Shown here: piece after piece, positions 1 through 9,400 of the stretch
Position numbering within the stretch: the stretch's first letter is position 1
Layout of the letters: the number at the start of each line of letters is the position of its first letter
From: Methanosphaera stadtmanae DSM 3091
GTDB lineage: Archaea; Methanobacteriota; Methanobacteria; Methanobacteriales; Methanobacteriaceae
Direction: 5' to 3'
Assembly (NCBI RefSeq): GCF_000012545.1
Contig: NC_007681.1
Location: 900,001 to 932,000, forward strand
DNA length: 32,000 nucleotides
The notes under the pieces: generated by a model
Seen by the model: only the letters and a program-made list of their open reading frames with translations
Databases searched by the model: none
What the model was told of the DNA's origin: nothing
Position numbers and translations under genes: made by a program

Positions 1-1
1 A

Positions 2-874
2 GACACCTACTTTGAATATGAAACTGAAGATGTTCCTGAAGTACATGAAAAAACAAGAGAAAAACTTATAGAAATAGAATCTAAACTAAAAAAGAAGATC
101 AAAAGAAATAAAAAACTTGAAACAAGATTAGGCTTAAGTTTTAAAAATATAGCTCTTGTAATTAATAATATAAATGGACCAATAGAAGTCTTAGGTAGTG
201 TATCTACAAATACTGTATATAATAATCATTGCCTTAAATTATCAGTAATATGTTATGATAATGATTTTAAGGAAATTGAACGTAATTCTACTCTTATTAT
301 AATGAATTCATTGAAAAGATATTATGATTTCAATTTAATTCTTAAACCAGACATATCTAAAACATCAATATTAATACTACTACCAGAAATTGTTGATAAA
401 CTACCAGATGCTATTAATGAAGTAGATAAAAAGAATACACAAAATATATCTAAAAATAATAATATATCAAGAAACTTACAAAAACCTAAAAATAAACAAG
501 TTAAAAAGAATACACAAGCAAAAAAAATAGATTCAAGAAAATCGGTGGCTGTTGAAACATCAAATTCCATATTCATTGAACAAATGAAGAATATTGAACA
601 TAGAATTGGTATGAATATAACTAATACTTCTGTTCTTATAAAATCCAATAGTTATTTAGAAGTTGTTGGTGAAATATATATTAAAAGTCCAGATAAATAT
701 AATGATATAAAAATAGCTGCAACATGTTATGACAAAAATAATAAGATCATTGCAACAGAAAGTACTCATATAAATACTAAGTTATATCTAGGATTTGACA
801 CTCTATGCTTAAAATTAAAGGATGTTGATGTGTGTAGAGTTGAACGTATACGATTATATCCAACATTTCAATAG
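2..874 (+). CDS. Hypothetical protein with its 5' end outside the window; contains an internal two-fold domain duplication
   Basis: The frame of the 302..874 ORF stays open back to base 2 (DTYFEYETEDVPEVHEKTREKLIEIESKLKKK...). Two related ~75-aa segments (LGLSFKNIALVINNINGPIEVLGSV...LKLSVICYDNDFKEIERNS and IGMNITNTSVLIKSNSYLEVVGEI...IKIAATCYDKNNKIIATES) are separated by a K/N-rich linker. No family recognised. Confidence 0.5.
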   Translation, partial: DTYFEYETEDVPEVHEKTREKLIEIESKLKKKIKRNKKLETRLGLSFKNIALVINNINGPIEVLGSVSTNTVYNNHCLKLSVICYDNDFKEIERNSTLIIMNSLKRYYDFNLILKPDISKTSILILLPEIVDKLPDAINEVDKKNTQNISKNNNISRNLQKPKNKQVKKNTQAKKIDSRKSVAVETSNSIFIEQMKNIEHRIGMNITNTSVLIKSNSYLEVVGEIYIKSPDKYNDIKIAATCYDKNNKIIATESTHINTKLYLGFDTLCLKLKDVDVCRVERIRLYPTFQ

Positions 875-1233
875 TTAATCTACTTTTTCTCATTTTTTTA
901 AATCATCATATGATAATATTATCAAATGAGTATAATTTTATCATAGATATAAAATAAAAACTTCCTTTTCAAAAATAATATTTTAATAAAAAAATAATCA
1001 TAAGACACTTATTTTATCAAATAAGGTTTATTTTATCTTATTTTATTACAATTCCTTTATATACTACGTTGTTCATAATTATAAGTATGAATTTGACAGG
1101 ATAGAATATATGCATTTAAAAGATTTAGAATGCTTGGAAACACTCCTATATCATTCCTAAAATAAGAAAATAATATTAAATAATTTTATCCAGTTGAATT
1201 CAATTCTTAAAAACTTTAAAGGAGCGAATCACA

Positions 1234-2376
1234 ATGGATTTAATCGATAATTTAGCAAATGCCTTTGCAGGAAAAGAAGTAGAAAAAGTACCAGCAGCAA
1301 GTATTGTATCTGTTGCATTAATGGAAGGTATGGAAAAAACTGGTGCAGGTTTTCCAGAATCACACACAAATGCTGAAAAAATGGTTGCATTAGGTGAAAG
1401 TGCACATAAATATGCTGGTGTAGAAAGTATAAATTTACCATTCGATTTAGCAATTGAAGCAGAAGCAATGGGATGTACAGTTGACTTAAGAGATGCAAAT
1501 GAACATATTCCAGAAATTACAGCTTCACCATTCTTTGATGATCTAAGTGGTGTTGAATTATGTGATGACTTCTTATCTAATGGAAGAATTCCTGTAGTTG
1601 CAGAAGCTTGTCAAATAGCTCGAGAAAAATATCCTGATGTTCCATTAATATCTGGTCAAATTGGACCTTTTACATTACTTGGTCAAATAGTAGGTATTGA
1701 ATATTTAATGAAATGTCTAGCAACAAATCCAAATGAAGTTAAAGTAGCTGTAAATAAATGTGCAGATGCAGTAATTGAAGTAGTTAAAGCATATAATGAA
1801 TTGGATGTTCAAGGAGATTGTATGTATGAACCATCTATTGCAGCAGATTTATTACCACCAGAAATGTTTGATGAGATTGTAAAATATCCTTTAAAAAGAA
1901 TAGCAGATGCAGCAGATTTCAACATAGTATTACATGTATGTGGAGATACCACACCTATACTTGAACATACACTTGACTTAGGATACAATGGATTTTCATT
2001 TGAAGACTGTGTAAATGTAAAAGAAGCAAATAAAATAAAATATGATTTGAAAAGTAATACCCAATTAGTAGGAAACGTAGCAACTGACTCCTTATTTAAA
2101 GGAGACTTTGAAAGTATTCGTGAAGAATCATTCAGAGCATTAGATCGTGGAATTGATATACTTGGTTCATCCTGTTGTGTACCACCAGGAACTCCATTAA
2201 AAGCAATGGAAGTTCTAGTTAAAGCTAGAGATGAATATTATGAATTAGGTAAACAAGAAACTAGATTTAAAAATGAAAAAGCTCTATCATGGACACCATC
2301 ATACATTGATGTTCCATTACCAGTTGCTAACTGTCATAATATGCCAGAACATGAAGAAAGAAAAATTAAAATATAG
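1234..2376 (+). CDS. mtaA: Methylcobamide:CoM methyltransferase, MtaA/MtbA (uroporphyrinogen decarboxylase-like) family
   Basis: RBS AAAGGAG lies a few nt upstream of ATG 1234. The protein is collinear with MtaA-type enzymes (KVPAASIVS, FPESHTN, GRIPVV, PLISGQIGPFTL). Zinc-ligand motifs are present: LHVCGD (His-x-Cys) and GSSCCVPPGTP. The family-typical end ...KARDEYY is followed by an extra ~38 aa. Confidence 0.8.
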   Translation: MDLIDNLANAFAGKEVEKVPAASIVSVALMEGMEKTGAGFPESHTNAEKMVALGESAHKYAGVESINLPFDLAIEAEAMGCTVDLRDANEHIPEITASPFFDDLSGVELCDDFLSNGRIPVVAEACQIAREKYPDVPLISGQIGPFTLLGQIVGIEYLMKCLATNPNEVKVAVNKCADAVIEVVKAYNELDVQGDCMYEPSIAADLLPPEMFDEIVKYPLKRIADAADFNIVLHVCGDTTPILEHTLDLGYNGFSFEDCVNVKEANKIKYDLKSNTQLVGNVATDSLFKGDFESIREESFRALDRGIDILGSSCCVPPGTPLKAMEVLVKARDEYYELGKQETRFKNEKALSWTPSYIDVPLPVANCHNMPEHEERKIKI

Positions 2377-2384
2377 ATATTAGG

Positions 2385-2421
2385 AAGAATATAATATTTC
2401 CACCTTAATATTATATTTTTT
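2385..2421 (+). terminator. Weak all-A/T hairpin plus T-run after the mtaA-like gene
   Basis: aatataatatt (2388-2398) pairs with aatattatatt (2407-2417) around an 8-nt loop tccacctt, followed by a T-run. Oligo-T is the usual archaeal termination signal. Confidence 0.35.
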
Positions 2422-2963
2422 CCTAAAAATTTCATCATTTAAAAAAAAGTATCCAATAATACTTCTCCATATTTTTTTTTTATTTTTCAAAAATACATAA
2501 CTTGAAGAAATAATAATTAGAAGTAAATCACCACCATATTCTTTTGATTTTTTTTAGAAAAACCATTATATAATTTAAATATTATGGTAAATTTTATATT
2601 AAAGAATTTATTTTTTTTTTAGAATATTTATATAAAAAAACTAAATAAAATATAAATTATTCAAATCAAAAGAAAAATTTATATTATACTTTAACCAAAT
2701 ATAAATCCATTATTTCATCAAAAACAATTAAATAATTCTTTTTTGATTAAATATACATTGTTTAAACATTAAAATTTATGTCAATTACTTTAATAATTAA
2801 AGTTTTTTATAATATTCTTTAAATAACATTTATATTTATAAAAAATTGTATTAAAGTATTTATACTATGAAAATTATAGGTTATAACCGTTCATTAAGAA
2901 AAAATTATATTTAAATTGAAAATTTTCAAATTAACAACTTAAAATAATTCATTAATGTAAATC

Positions 2964-4853
2964 ATGGGAGGAACAATTTTGAATAATAAAAGATTATCAT
3001 TATTGCTGTTTCTCATAATAGTCTTTGTTTCAATAATGTCTGTAAGTGCAGCAGATGCTGGAAATTCTTCCAATAGTAATTTCCATAAGATCCAAATCGA
3101 TTCAAATACTCAAAACACTATTGATAACAATACAAATTATTATAAAAGCAACGATAATCTTAATAAAAATGATAATAATAATTTAAAAAATCAATATACA
3201 AAACAGGAAAAAAATGAAAATAACACATATACTAAAAATAATAATTTAGAAGATAAAGATGTTTATAACACATTGAATAATGTGGAAAATTATGATATAA
3301 ATAGTAACTTAAATAACTCTGAGACAATAACCAACATGGTTTCAAATTCTTCTAATAAAGATAATATCTCAATAGATCTTCCTAATTATTCTGCATATGC
3401 TGGTAAAGTTATAATTATTAATGCAACAATAAAAACTAAAAATGGTACTCCACTTAACTTAGCTAAAGCTGCTTTCAAAGTCAATGGAAATACAAAAGCA
3501 CATTTAAATGTAACTAATGGTAAATTAATCTATGCTTTTAAAATACCACAATGGAGTGCAAAAAAATATAATCTAACATTAGTAGTTGGTGAAACAAAAA
3601 CTACCAATTCTTTAAGTAAAAATAGTACCTTAACATTATATAAGTTAAATACAACAATAAATACTCCTTACTTAACTTTTTCACAAAAAGATAAAGTAAG
3701 TTATGTTAATGCAACTATAAAAGATCAATTGAATAGAACTGTTTACACAGGTAATACATCTATTAAAATTAATGGAATAACTATAGGTCATTATAATACA
3801 AGTAATGGAATAATTAACTTTAATTTTACACAGACAAACAAATTAGGAACTCAAAATCTAACTATAATCTATGGAGAAAATACATTTTTCAATTCTGCAA
3901 TATCACAAACGAAAATTCGTATTATAAATACAACAATACACACATATACATATAGTCAAATATTAGAAGCAGCAAATAGAGTTAAAAATTTTAAAGATAA
4001 AAATAAACGATTACCAACATGGGTTGTAATAAATAACAATGATGTGACAATGGTTGATTTTCTATATTTAATGTGCCAATCCTTACATTCCAATGATTCA
4101 TTATCAGAAGGAAACTTTGGAAGACCTTCTGTAGTTAAAGAAAATATAATCACTGGAAATATATATAAAGATGAATATTTAAATTTATCTAAAGAAATAT
4201 CACAATATATATCAAATTATGGAGTAGCACAAGGCTATATAAAAACATCCCTTGGAACATTAATGCTAAATTCGACAATTGATGGATTCTCAAGAGCATT
4301 AGCTTATACATATAATCATAATGGTGTACTACCAAATTATATATCTTATAATCAAAGTACATATCCTATAACTACTAACACAACAGGTAACACAACAACC
4401 AATACAACAGATCCATATCTCTTACCAACATATAATTGTCAATCAAATGATGCTGTAATAATTAGTTTATCTAAAAATTTAACTAAAGGTTGCACATCAG
4501 TACTTTCAAAAGCAACAAATATTTTCAATTATGTTAGAGATTATATTAAGTATGATCAATATGAGAATACAAGATATGGTGCTGTAAAAACATTAAGTCG
4601 TAAATTAGGAAATTGTTGTGATCAAGCACATTTATTAGTAGCACTCTTAAGAGCAGCAAATATTAGAGCAGGTTATGCTCATGCAGAATGTCAATTTAAC
4701 TCAGGAATCAAAGGTCATGTATGGGCTAAAATATATTTAAACAATGAATGGGTTGATGCTGATCCAACAAGTCGTTATAATTCTATAGGTAATACAAAAA
4801 GTAATACTATTATATCTTGGAGAATAAAATTAACTTCTGAAATTTTATTCTAA
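2964..4853 (+). CDS. Secreted adhesin-like protein: signal peptide, Asn-rich spacer, two Ig-like repeats, pseudomurein-binding repeat(s), C-terminal transglutaminase-like cysteine peptidase core
   Basis: Signal peptide NNKRLSLLLFLIIVFVSIMSVSA/AD. GGAGGA at 2967-2972 favours the in-frame TTG at 2979 as the true start. Ig-like repeats have the pattern (V/A)NATIK..G.P....A.FK(V/I)NG...G...V.NG. See the domain sub-features below. Confidence 0.85.
   Translation: MGGTILNNKRLSLLLFLIIVFVSIMSVSAADAGNSSNSNFHKIQIDSNTQNTIDNNTNYYKSNDNLNKNDNNNLKNQYTKQEKNENNTYTKNNNLEDKDVYNTLNNVENYDINSNLNNSETITNMVSNSSNKDNISIDLPNYSAYAGKVIIINATIKTKNGTPLNLAKAAFKVNGNTKAHLNVTNGKLIYAFKIPQWSAKKYNLTLVVGETKTTNSLSKNSTLTLYKLNTTINTPYLTFSQKDKVSYVNATIKDQLNRTVYTGNTSIKINGITIGHYNTSNGIINFNFTQTNKLGTQNLTIIYGENTFFNSAISQTKIRIINTTIHTYTYSQILEAANRVKNFKDKNKRLPTWVVINNNDVTMVDFLYLMCQSLHSNDSLSEGNFGRPSVVKENIITGNIYKDEYLNLSKEISQYISNYGVAQGYIKTSLGTLMLNSTIDGFSRALAYTYNHNGVLPNYISYNQSTYPITTNTTGNTTTNTTDPYLLPTYNCQSNDAVIISLSKNLTKGCTSVLSKATNIFNYVRDYIKYDQYENTRYGAVKTLSRKLGNCCDQAHLLVALLRAANIRAGYAHAECQFNSGIKGHVWAKIYLNNEWVDADPTSRYNSIGNTKSNTIISWRIKLTSEILF
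3944..4092 (+). other. Pseudomurein-binding repeat (PMBR)-like segment inside 2964..4853
   Basis: YTYSQILEAANRVKNFKDKNKRLPTWVVINNNDVTMVDFLYLMCQSL matches my memory of the PMBR pattern: helix, then (K/N)g.LP.(W/Y)V, then a hydrophobic F/L-YL helix. A second, weaker copy follows (...YNHNGVLPNYISY). Confidence 0.55.
4519..4775 (+). other. Transglutaminase-like thiol peptidase core (Cys-His-Asp) inside 2964..4853
   Basis: LGNCCDQAHLLVALLRAANIRAGYA (catalytic Cys codon 4614-4616), then GHVWAKIYLNNEWVDADPTS. This gives the G-x-C...H-x-W...D-x-D-P-T spacing of Transglut_core (PF01841). Confidence 0.8.
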
Positions 4854-4882
4854 AAAAAGTAATGAAAAAATAGGTGATGAAA

Positions 4883-6142
4883 ATGATAAAAAAAATAATA
4901 CCTCTTGTACTTATATTATTTATTATTGGAATTTTTTCAGCAGCTTATATAACTAATGGTACAAATTCTAATTCAAGTAATAATAATGTTATGGGAAGTA
5001 TTGATGATAATTTACTTAATACTGCAGTATCTGATGGATCAGATAACTTTTATGATAAAATTATAGAAAAAGAAAACTTAAATTTAAAAAACAACTTTAT
5101 AACAAACACTCTATCTAAAAAAACATCAAACTCAATAGTTTATGCTAAAGACACAAATAAACCATTATCTCATAATATGTATTCTAATAATATCACATTA
5201 TTAAATGGAACATCAAAAATTTCAACATGTATTACACCAAACCAAGCTATACAAATAGCTAACACACAATACCCAAACCTAAAATTCACAAAAGTTTATG
5301 TTAGTGATAGAACAGACTATCCAGTATACATAGTTGAAACAGAAGATGGAGTAAGTATTGAAGTGGATTATACACATGGAAAAGTTACAGGAGGATACTC
5401 ATCAACCGAAGTTCCAAATGCAGTAGTAAATGCTAATGAAACAGACAATCCATTAAACCAAGATATGTACAATGATAACATTACAGTTACAGGAAACAAT
5501 ACATTCAGAACAAGTATTACACCAAACCAAGCTATACACATAGCTAACACACAATACCCAAACCTAAAATTCACAAAAGTTTATGTTAGTGATAGAACAG
5601 ACTATCCAGTATACATAGTTGAAACAGAAGATGGAGTAAGTATTGAAGTGGATTATACACATGGAAAAGTTACAGGAGGATACTCATCAACCGAAGTTCC
5701 AAATGCAGTAGTAAATGCTAATGAAACAGACAATCCATTAAACCAAGATATGTACAATGATAACATTACAGTTACAGGAAACAATACATTCAGAACAAGT
5801 ATTACACCAAACCAAGCTATACACATAGCTAACACACAATACCCAAACCTAAAATTCACAAAAGTTTATGTTAGTGATAGAACAGACTATCCAGTATACA
5901 TAGTTGAAACAGAAGATGGAGTAAGTATTGAAGTGGATTATACACATGGAAAAGTTACAGGAGGATACTCATCAACCGAAGTTTCAGAAGATAATTTAAA
6001 TATAACAAATTCTTCTGTAAATAACACTCTAGCTCAACAAAACAATATCTCACAGAATATTCTAAACAACAACAGTCAAATAAATACATCCTTAATTAAT
6101 AATCCATTAACAAACAACAGTATACTAAACTACTTCAAATAA
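4883..6142 (+). CDS. Secreted or membrane-anchored protein made of three PepSY modules plus Asn-rich tails
   Basis: AGGTGA at 4872-4877 favours ATG 4883 (the ORF track starts at GTG 4874). The N-terminal hydrophobic segment is IIPLVLILFIIGIFSAAYI. The module ITPNQAI(Q/H)IANTQYPNLKFTKVYVSDRTDYPVYIVETEDGVSIEVDYTHGKVTGGY occurs three times and fits PepSY (PF03413). Confidence 0.85.
   Translation: MIKKIIPLVLILFIIGIFSAAYITNGTNSNSSNNNVMGSIDDNLLNTAVSDGSDNFYDKIIEKENLNLKNNFITNTLSKKTSNSIVYAKDTNKPLSHNMYSNNITLLNGTSKISTCITPNQAIQIANTQYPNLKFTKVYVSDRTDYPVYIVETEDGVSIEVDYTHGKVTGGYSSTEVPNAVVNANETDNPLNQDMYNDNITVTGNNTFRTSITPNQAIHIANTQYPNLKFTKVYVSDRTDYPVYIVETEDGVSIEVDYTHGKVTGGYSSTEVPNAVVNANETDNPLNQDMYNDNITVTGNNTFRTSITPNQAIHIANTQYPNLKFTKVYVSDRTDYPVYIVETEDGVSIEVDYTHGKVTGGYSSTEVSEDNLNITNSSVNNTLAQQNNISQNILNNNSQINTSLINNPLTNNSILNYFK
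5231..5983 (+). repeat. In-frame tandem repeat, period 285 bp (95 aa), about 2.6 copies, essentially identical
   Basis: attacaccaaaccaagct recurs at 5231, 5516 and 5801. By my reading copies 1 and 2 differ at one base (caa/cac). Copy 3 is identical to copy 2 until it diverges after 5983. The identical antisense ORFs at 5368..5574 and 5653..5859 confirm the period. Confidence 0.95.
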
Positions 6143-6195
6143 AATTAGTAAATAATAATTTAAGTAGTCTAGAAAATAATAATAATATTCAAAAT

Positions 6196-6249
6196 AATAG
6201 CTTAAATTTATAAATAAAAAAATTTTAAGCTATTTCCTTTATTTTTTTT
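6196..6249 (+). terminator. Hairpin plus T8 after the PepSY gene
   Basis: aatagcttaaa (6196-6206) pairs perfectly with tttaagctatt (6224-6234) across a 17-nt loop. T8 lies at 6242-6249. Confidence 0.45.
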
Positions 6250-6489
6250 GATAAAAAGAGAATATGCAACAATTCTGTTTTTATATTTTTTTAATAAGAT
6301 TTTTATTATCACTATGTTTATAATTCTCAAATATTTATTGATATTTTGTATAACATAACTAATAAAAATACATATAATGTCACACACTCTAAAATATAAA
6401 AAAAAATATTACAAACTTTAAAAAAAAACTTATTTTTTAACAAATTTTAATAAATTTAACTTCTATAAATATTAAAAAGGAGGAACGTT

Positions 6490-9400
6490 ATGAATAAAAA
6501 AATATTACTTACTTTATTAGTAATAATAATGTTTTTTAGTATTTCTTCTGTTTATGCAGTAGATAATTCTATAGATTCATCTAACACATATTCAAATTTA
6601 AATACTTTAAAACATACTGATACATACCAATCTTCCCTCATAGATAATATAAACGAAAATATATCATCTAAAACGGTAGAAAAAGAAATATCAGTAGAAA
6701 CTAAAGAAAAAACAGAAAAATCTATAACAAAGAGTGATAATAAGTTAAATACCAATAACTATGTAGTTAACAAAAAATCAAGTGATACTCAAACTAAAGT
6801 AGATGTTATTTCCAAAGATACATCTACAAAAAAAGTAAATAAAACTTTGAAAACTACAGATAATTATTACTTCAATGCTTCTGTTACAAATGATGGTGAT
6901 GGAAGTAAAGATAATCCATGGAAAACAATTAACCAATTAAATTTCAACAAGATTACAAATGGAAGTACTGTATATATATCCAATGGTAATTATAATGTAG
7001 ATAATATTGATGTTAATATTGATGTTAATATTATTGGTGAAAATACCAATAAAACCATAATAAAAGGATATAATACATATGATGAAGTATTTAATTTTAA
7101 TAAGCATACAACAATAACAAATATAACATTTACAAATTCAAGTACAAAAGTAATTTATAATACTGGTACACTTGAACTTAATAATTGTATTTTTAAAAAT
7201 AACAATATAACATCATATGATGCATGTATAAAAAATAATGGAAAACTAACAGTGAATAATTGTTTATTTAACAATGTATCCTCACAAAAAAGTAGTGTTA
7301 TTTATAATTCAGCAAGTAATTCCATTAACTTATATCTAAAAAACTCCATATTCACAAATAACAATGCATATAAAGGTATTGTATTGTTATATGGAAGTTG
7401 TGCTCAGTTATATAACACAACATTCAATAACAATAAAGCTACTATTATGGCCGGATGCATATATTTAGAGAAAAGTTCTATGAATGTTAATTTAAGTACT
7501 TTTATAAACAATTCTGTGCTTAAAGGTACTGGTGGTGTATTCTATGTTTATGATAGTGATTTATTTGTAAATAATTCAATATTTTCCAATAACTATGCAT
7601 TATTTGGTGGTGTAGCAACATTTCTAAATGGTTCTGGTGATGGAGAAGAGATAACAGAATCAAAACACAACAGTACAATAATAAATTCTTCTTTCACAAA
7701 CAACAAAGTATTATATGATGGAGGAGTATTCTTTGATGTATATTCAAATCTTGATATAAGATCATCTAATTTCACTAATAACTCTGCAAGAAATGGTGGA
7801 AGCATATATGGTGACTACTCAAAAATCAACATAAACAACACTATCTTCAAGAATAATACAGCCACATACTTTGGTGGAAGTATCTATACAAATCAGATAG
7901 ATATTGCACTTAACAACAACAACTTCATAAATAACAAGGCAACAAAAGCAGAAGATGTCTACTCACAATATTCTAGAAGTTTTACCTCAAAAAACAACAC
8001 ACAAACAAATACTAATTCAATAATAACAAATCAAATAACAACCACTAAAAAACCACAAGTAATTATCACTAACCTAAATAATACACCAATTACAACAATA
8101 CCTTCAAGTTATGATTTAAGAAAATTAAATCAAGTAACAAGTGTTAAAAGTCAAAGTGGTGGGGGTAACTGTTGGTCATTTGCAACAATGGGTGCTCTTG
8201 AATCATGTATTCTTAAAGCAACAGGTATTTCATATGATTTATCTGAGAATAACATGAAAAATATAATGGCACTATTTTCACAATCAGCATGGTGCATATC
8301 ACCAAATTTAGGTGGATATGATGAAATGCCAATAACATATCTAATAAATTGGTATGGACCTACAGATGAAAATAATGATCCATATATACCAGAGATTATA
8401 GTATCTCCTCAAATTAACAATTTAATACAAATAAATAATGTGTATGGAATTCCAAGTAGAACAAATTATACTGATAATAATGAATATAAAAAAGCTATAA
8501 TGAAGTATGGAGCAGTATATACTGATATTTATTGGCTTGGTTCAAATGTAGATAATACTCATAATTCATATTATTGTCATGAAAAACCAGAATATACTAA
8601 TCATGCAGTTTGTATAGTTGGATGGGATGATAATTATAATAAAAATAACTTCATAACTCCAGCACCAGGAAATGGTGCATTTATTATTAAAAATAGTTGG
8701 GGTACAAGTTCTGGTGAAAATGGATATTATTATGTATCATACTATGATGAAAGTATATTAAATACATGTGATGATATATATGGTGCTGGTGGATTTACAT
8801 TCATAATCAACAACACAGAAACTTATGATAAAATATACCAATATGATGTTGGTGGAATAAGTAACTGGCTTGAATCCAATAAATATGGAAATTATTCTAA
8901 TGAATATATATCCTCTGGTAATGAATTAATAAAAGCATTTGGTACATATGTAAGTGATTTAACTAATAATTATACTGTAAGTATCTATGTGAATAATGTA
9001 TTAAAACATACACAAAAAGGATTATTCACACATCTTGGATATGAAACAGTACAAGTTACAAAATCAATTAATGTAAAAACTAACGATAAAATAAAAGTAG
9101 TTCTAGAATTAGTATCATCTTCAACAGTACAAATTCCAATATCTGAAAGTAAATATACAAGAATAGTTTCAACAACTAATTCATATGTTAATGGTAAAAC
9201 TAATTCAGATAGTGTAGCTTGTCTTAAATTATATACTTCAGAAATTAATAAATCAGAAGTAGATGCAGTTGTTACTAAATCTAACCTAACAAATACACAA
9301 CTATTAATAAATATCCATGATACTAATGGTAATTCAATAAACACTGGTACAATAACTATAAAAGAAAATAACACAATATTAAAAACAGTACAAGTTACAA

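Noticed and set aside
2374-2376. TAG stop of the methyltransferase gene as possible pyrrolysine read-through
   Set aside because: Reading through TAG gives only five more codons before TAA. MtaA-family proteins are not pyrrolysine enzymes, and no pyl genes are present in the window.
5368-5859. Two identical 68-aa minus-strand ORFs (5368..5574 and 5653..5859)
   Set aside because: They are antisense shadows of the 285-bp PepSY repeat, caused by the same T-poor sense strand effect. Their identity only reflects the identity of the sense repeat units.
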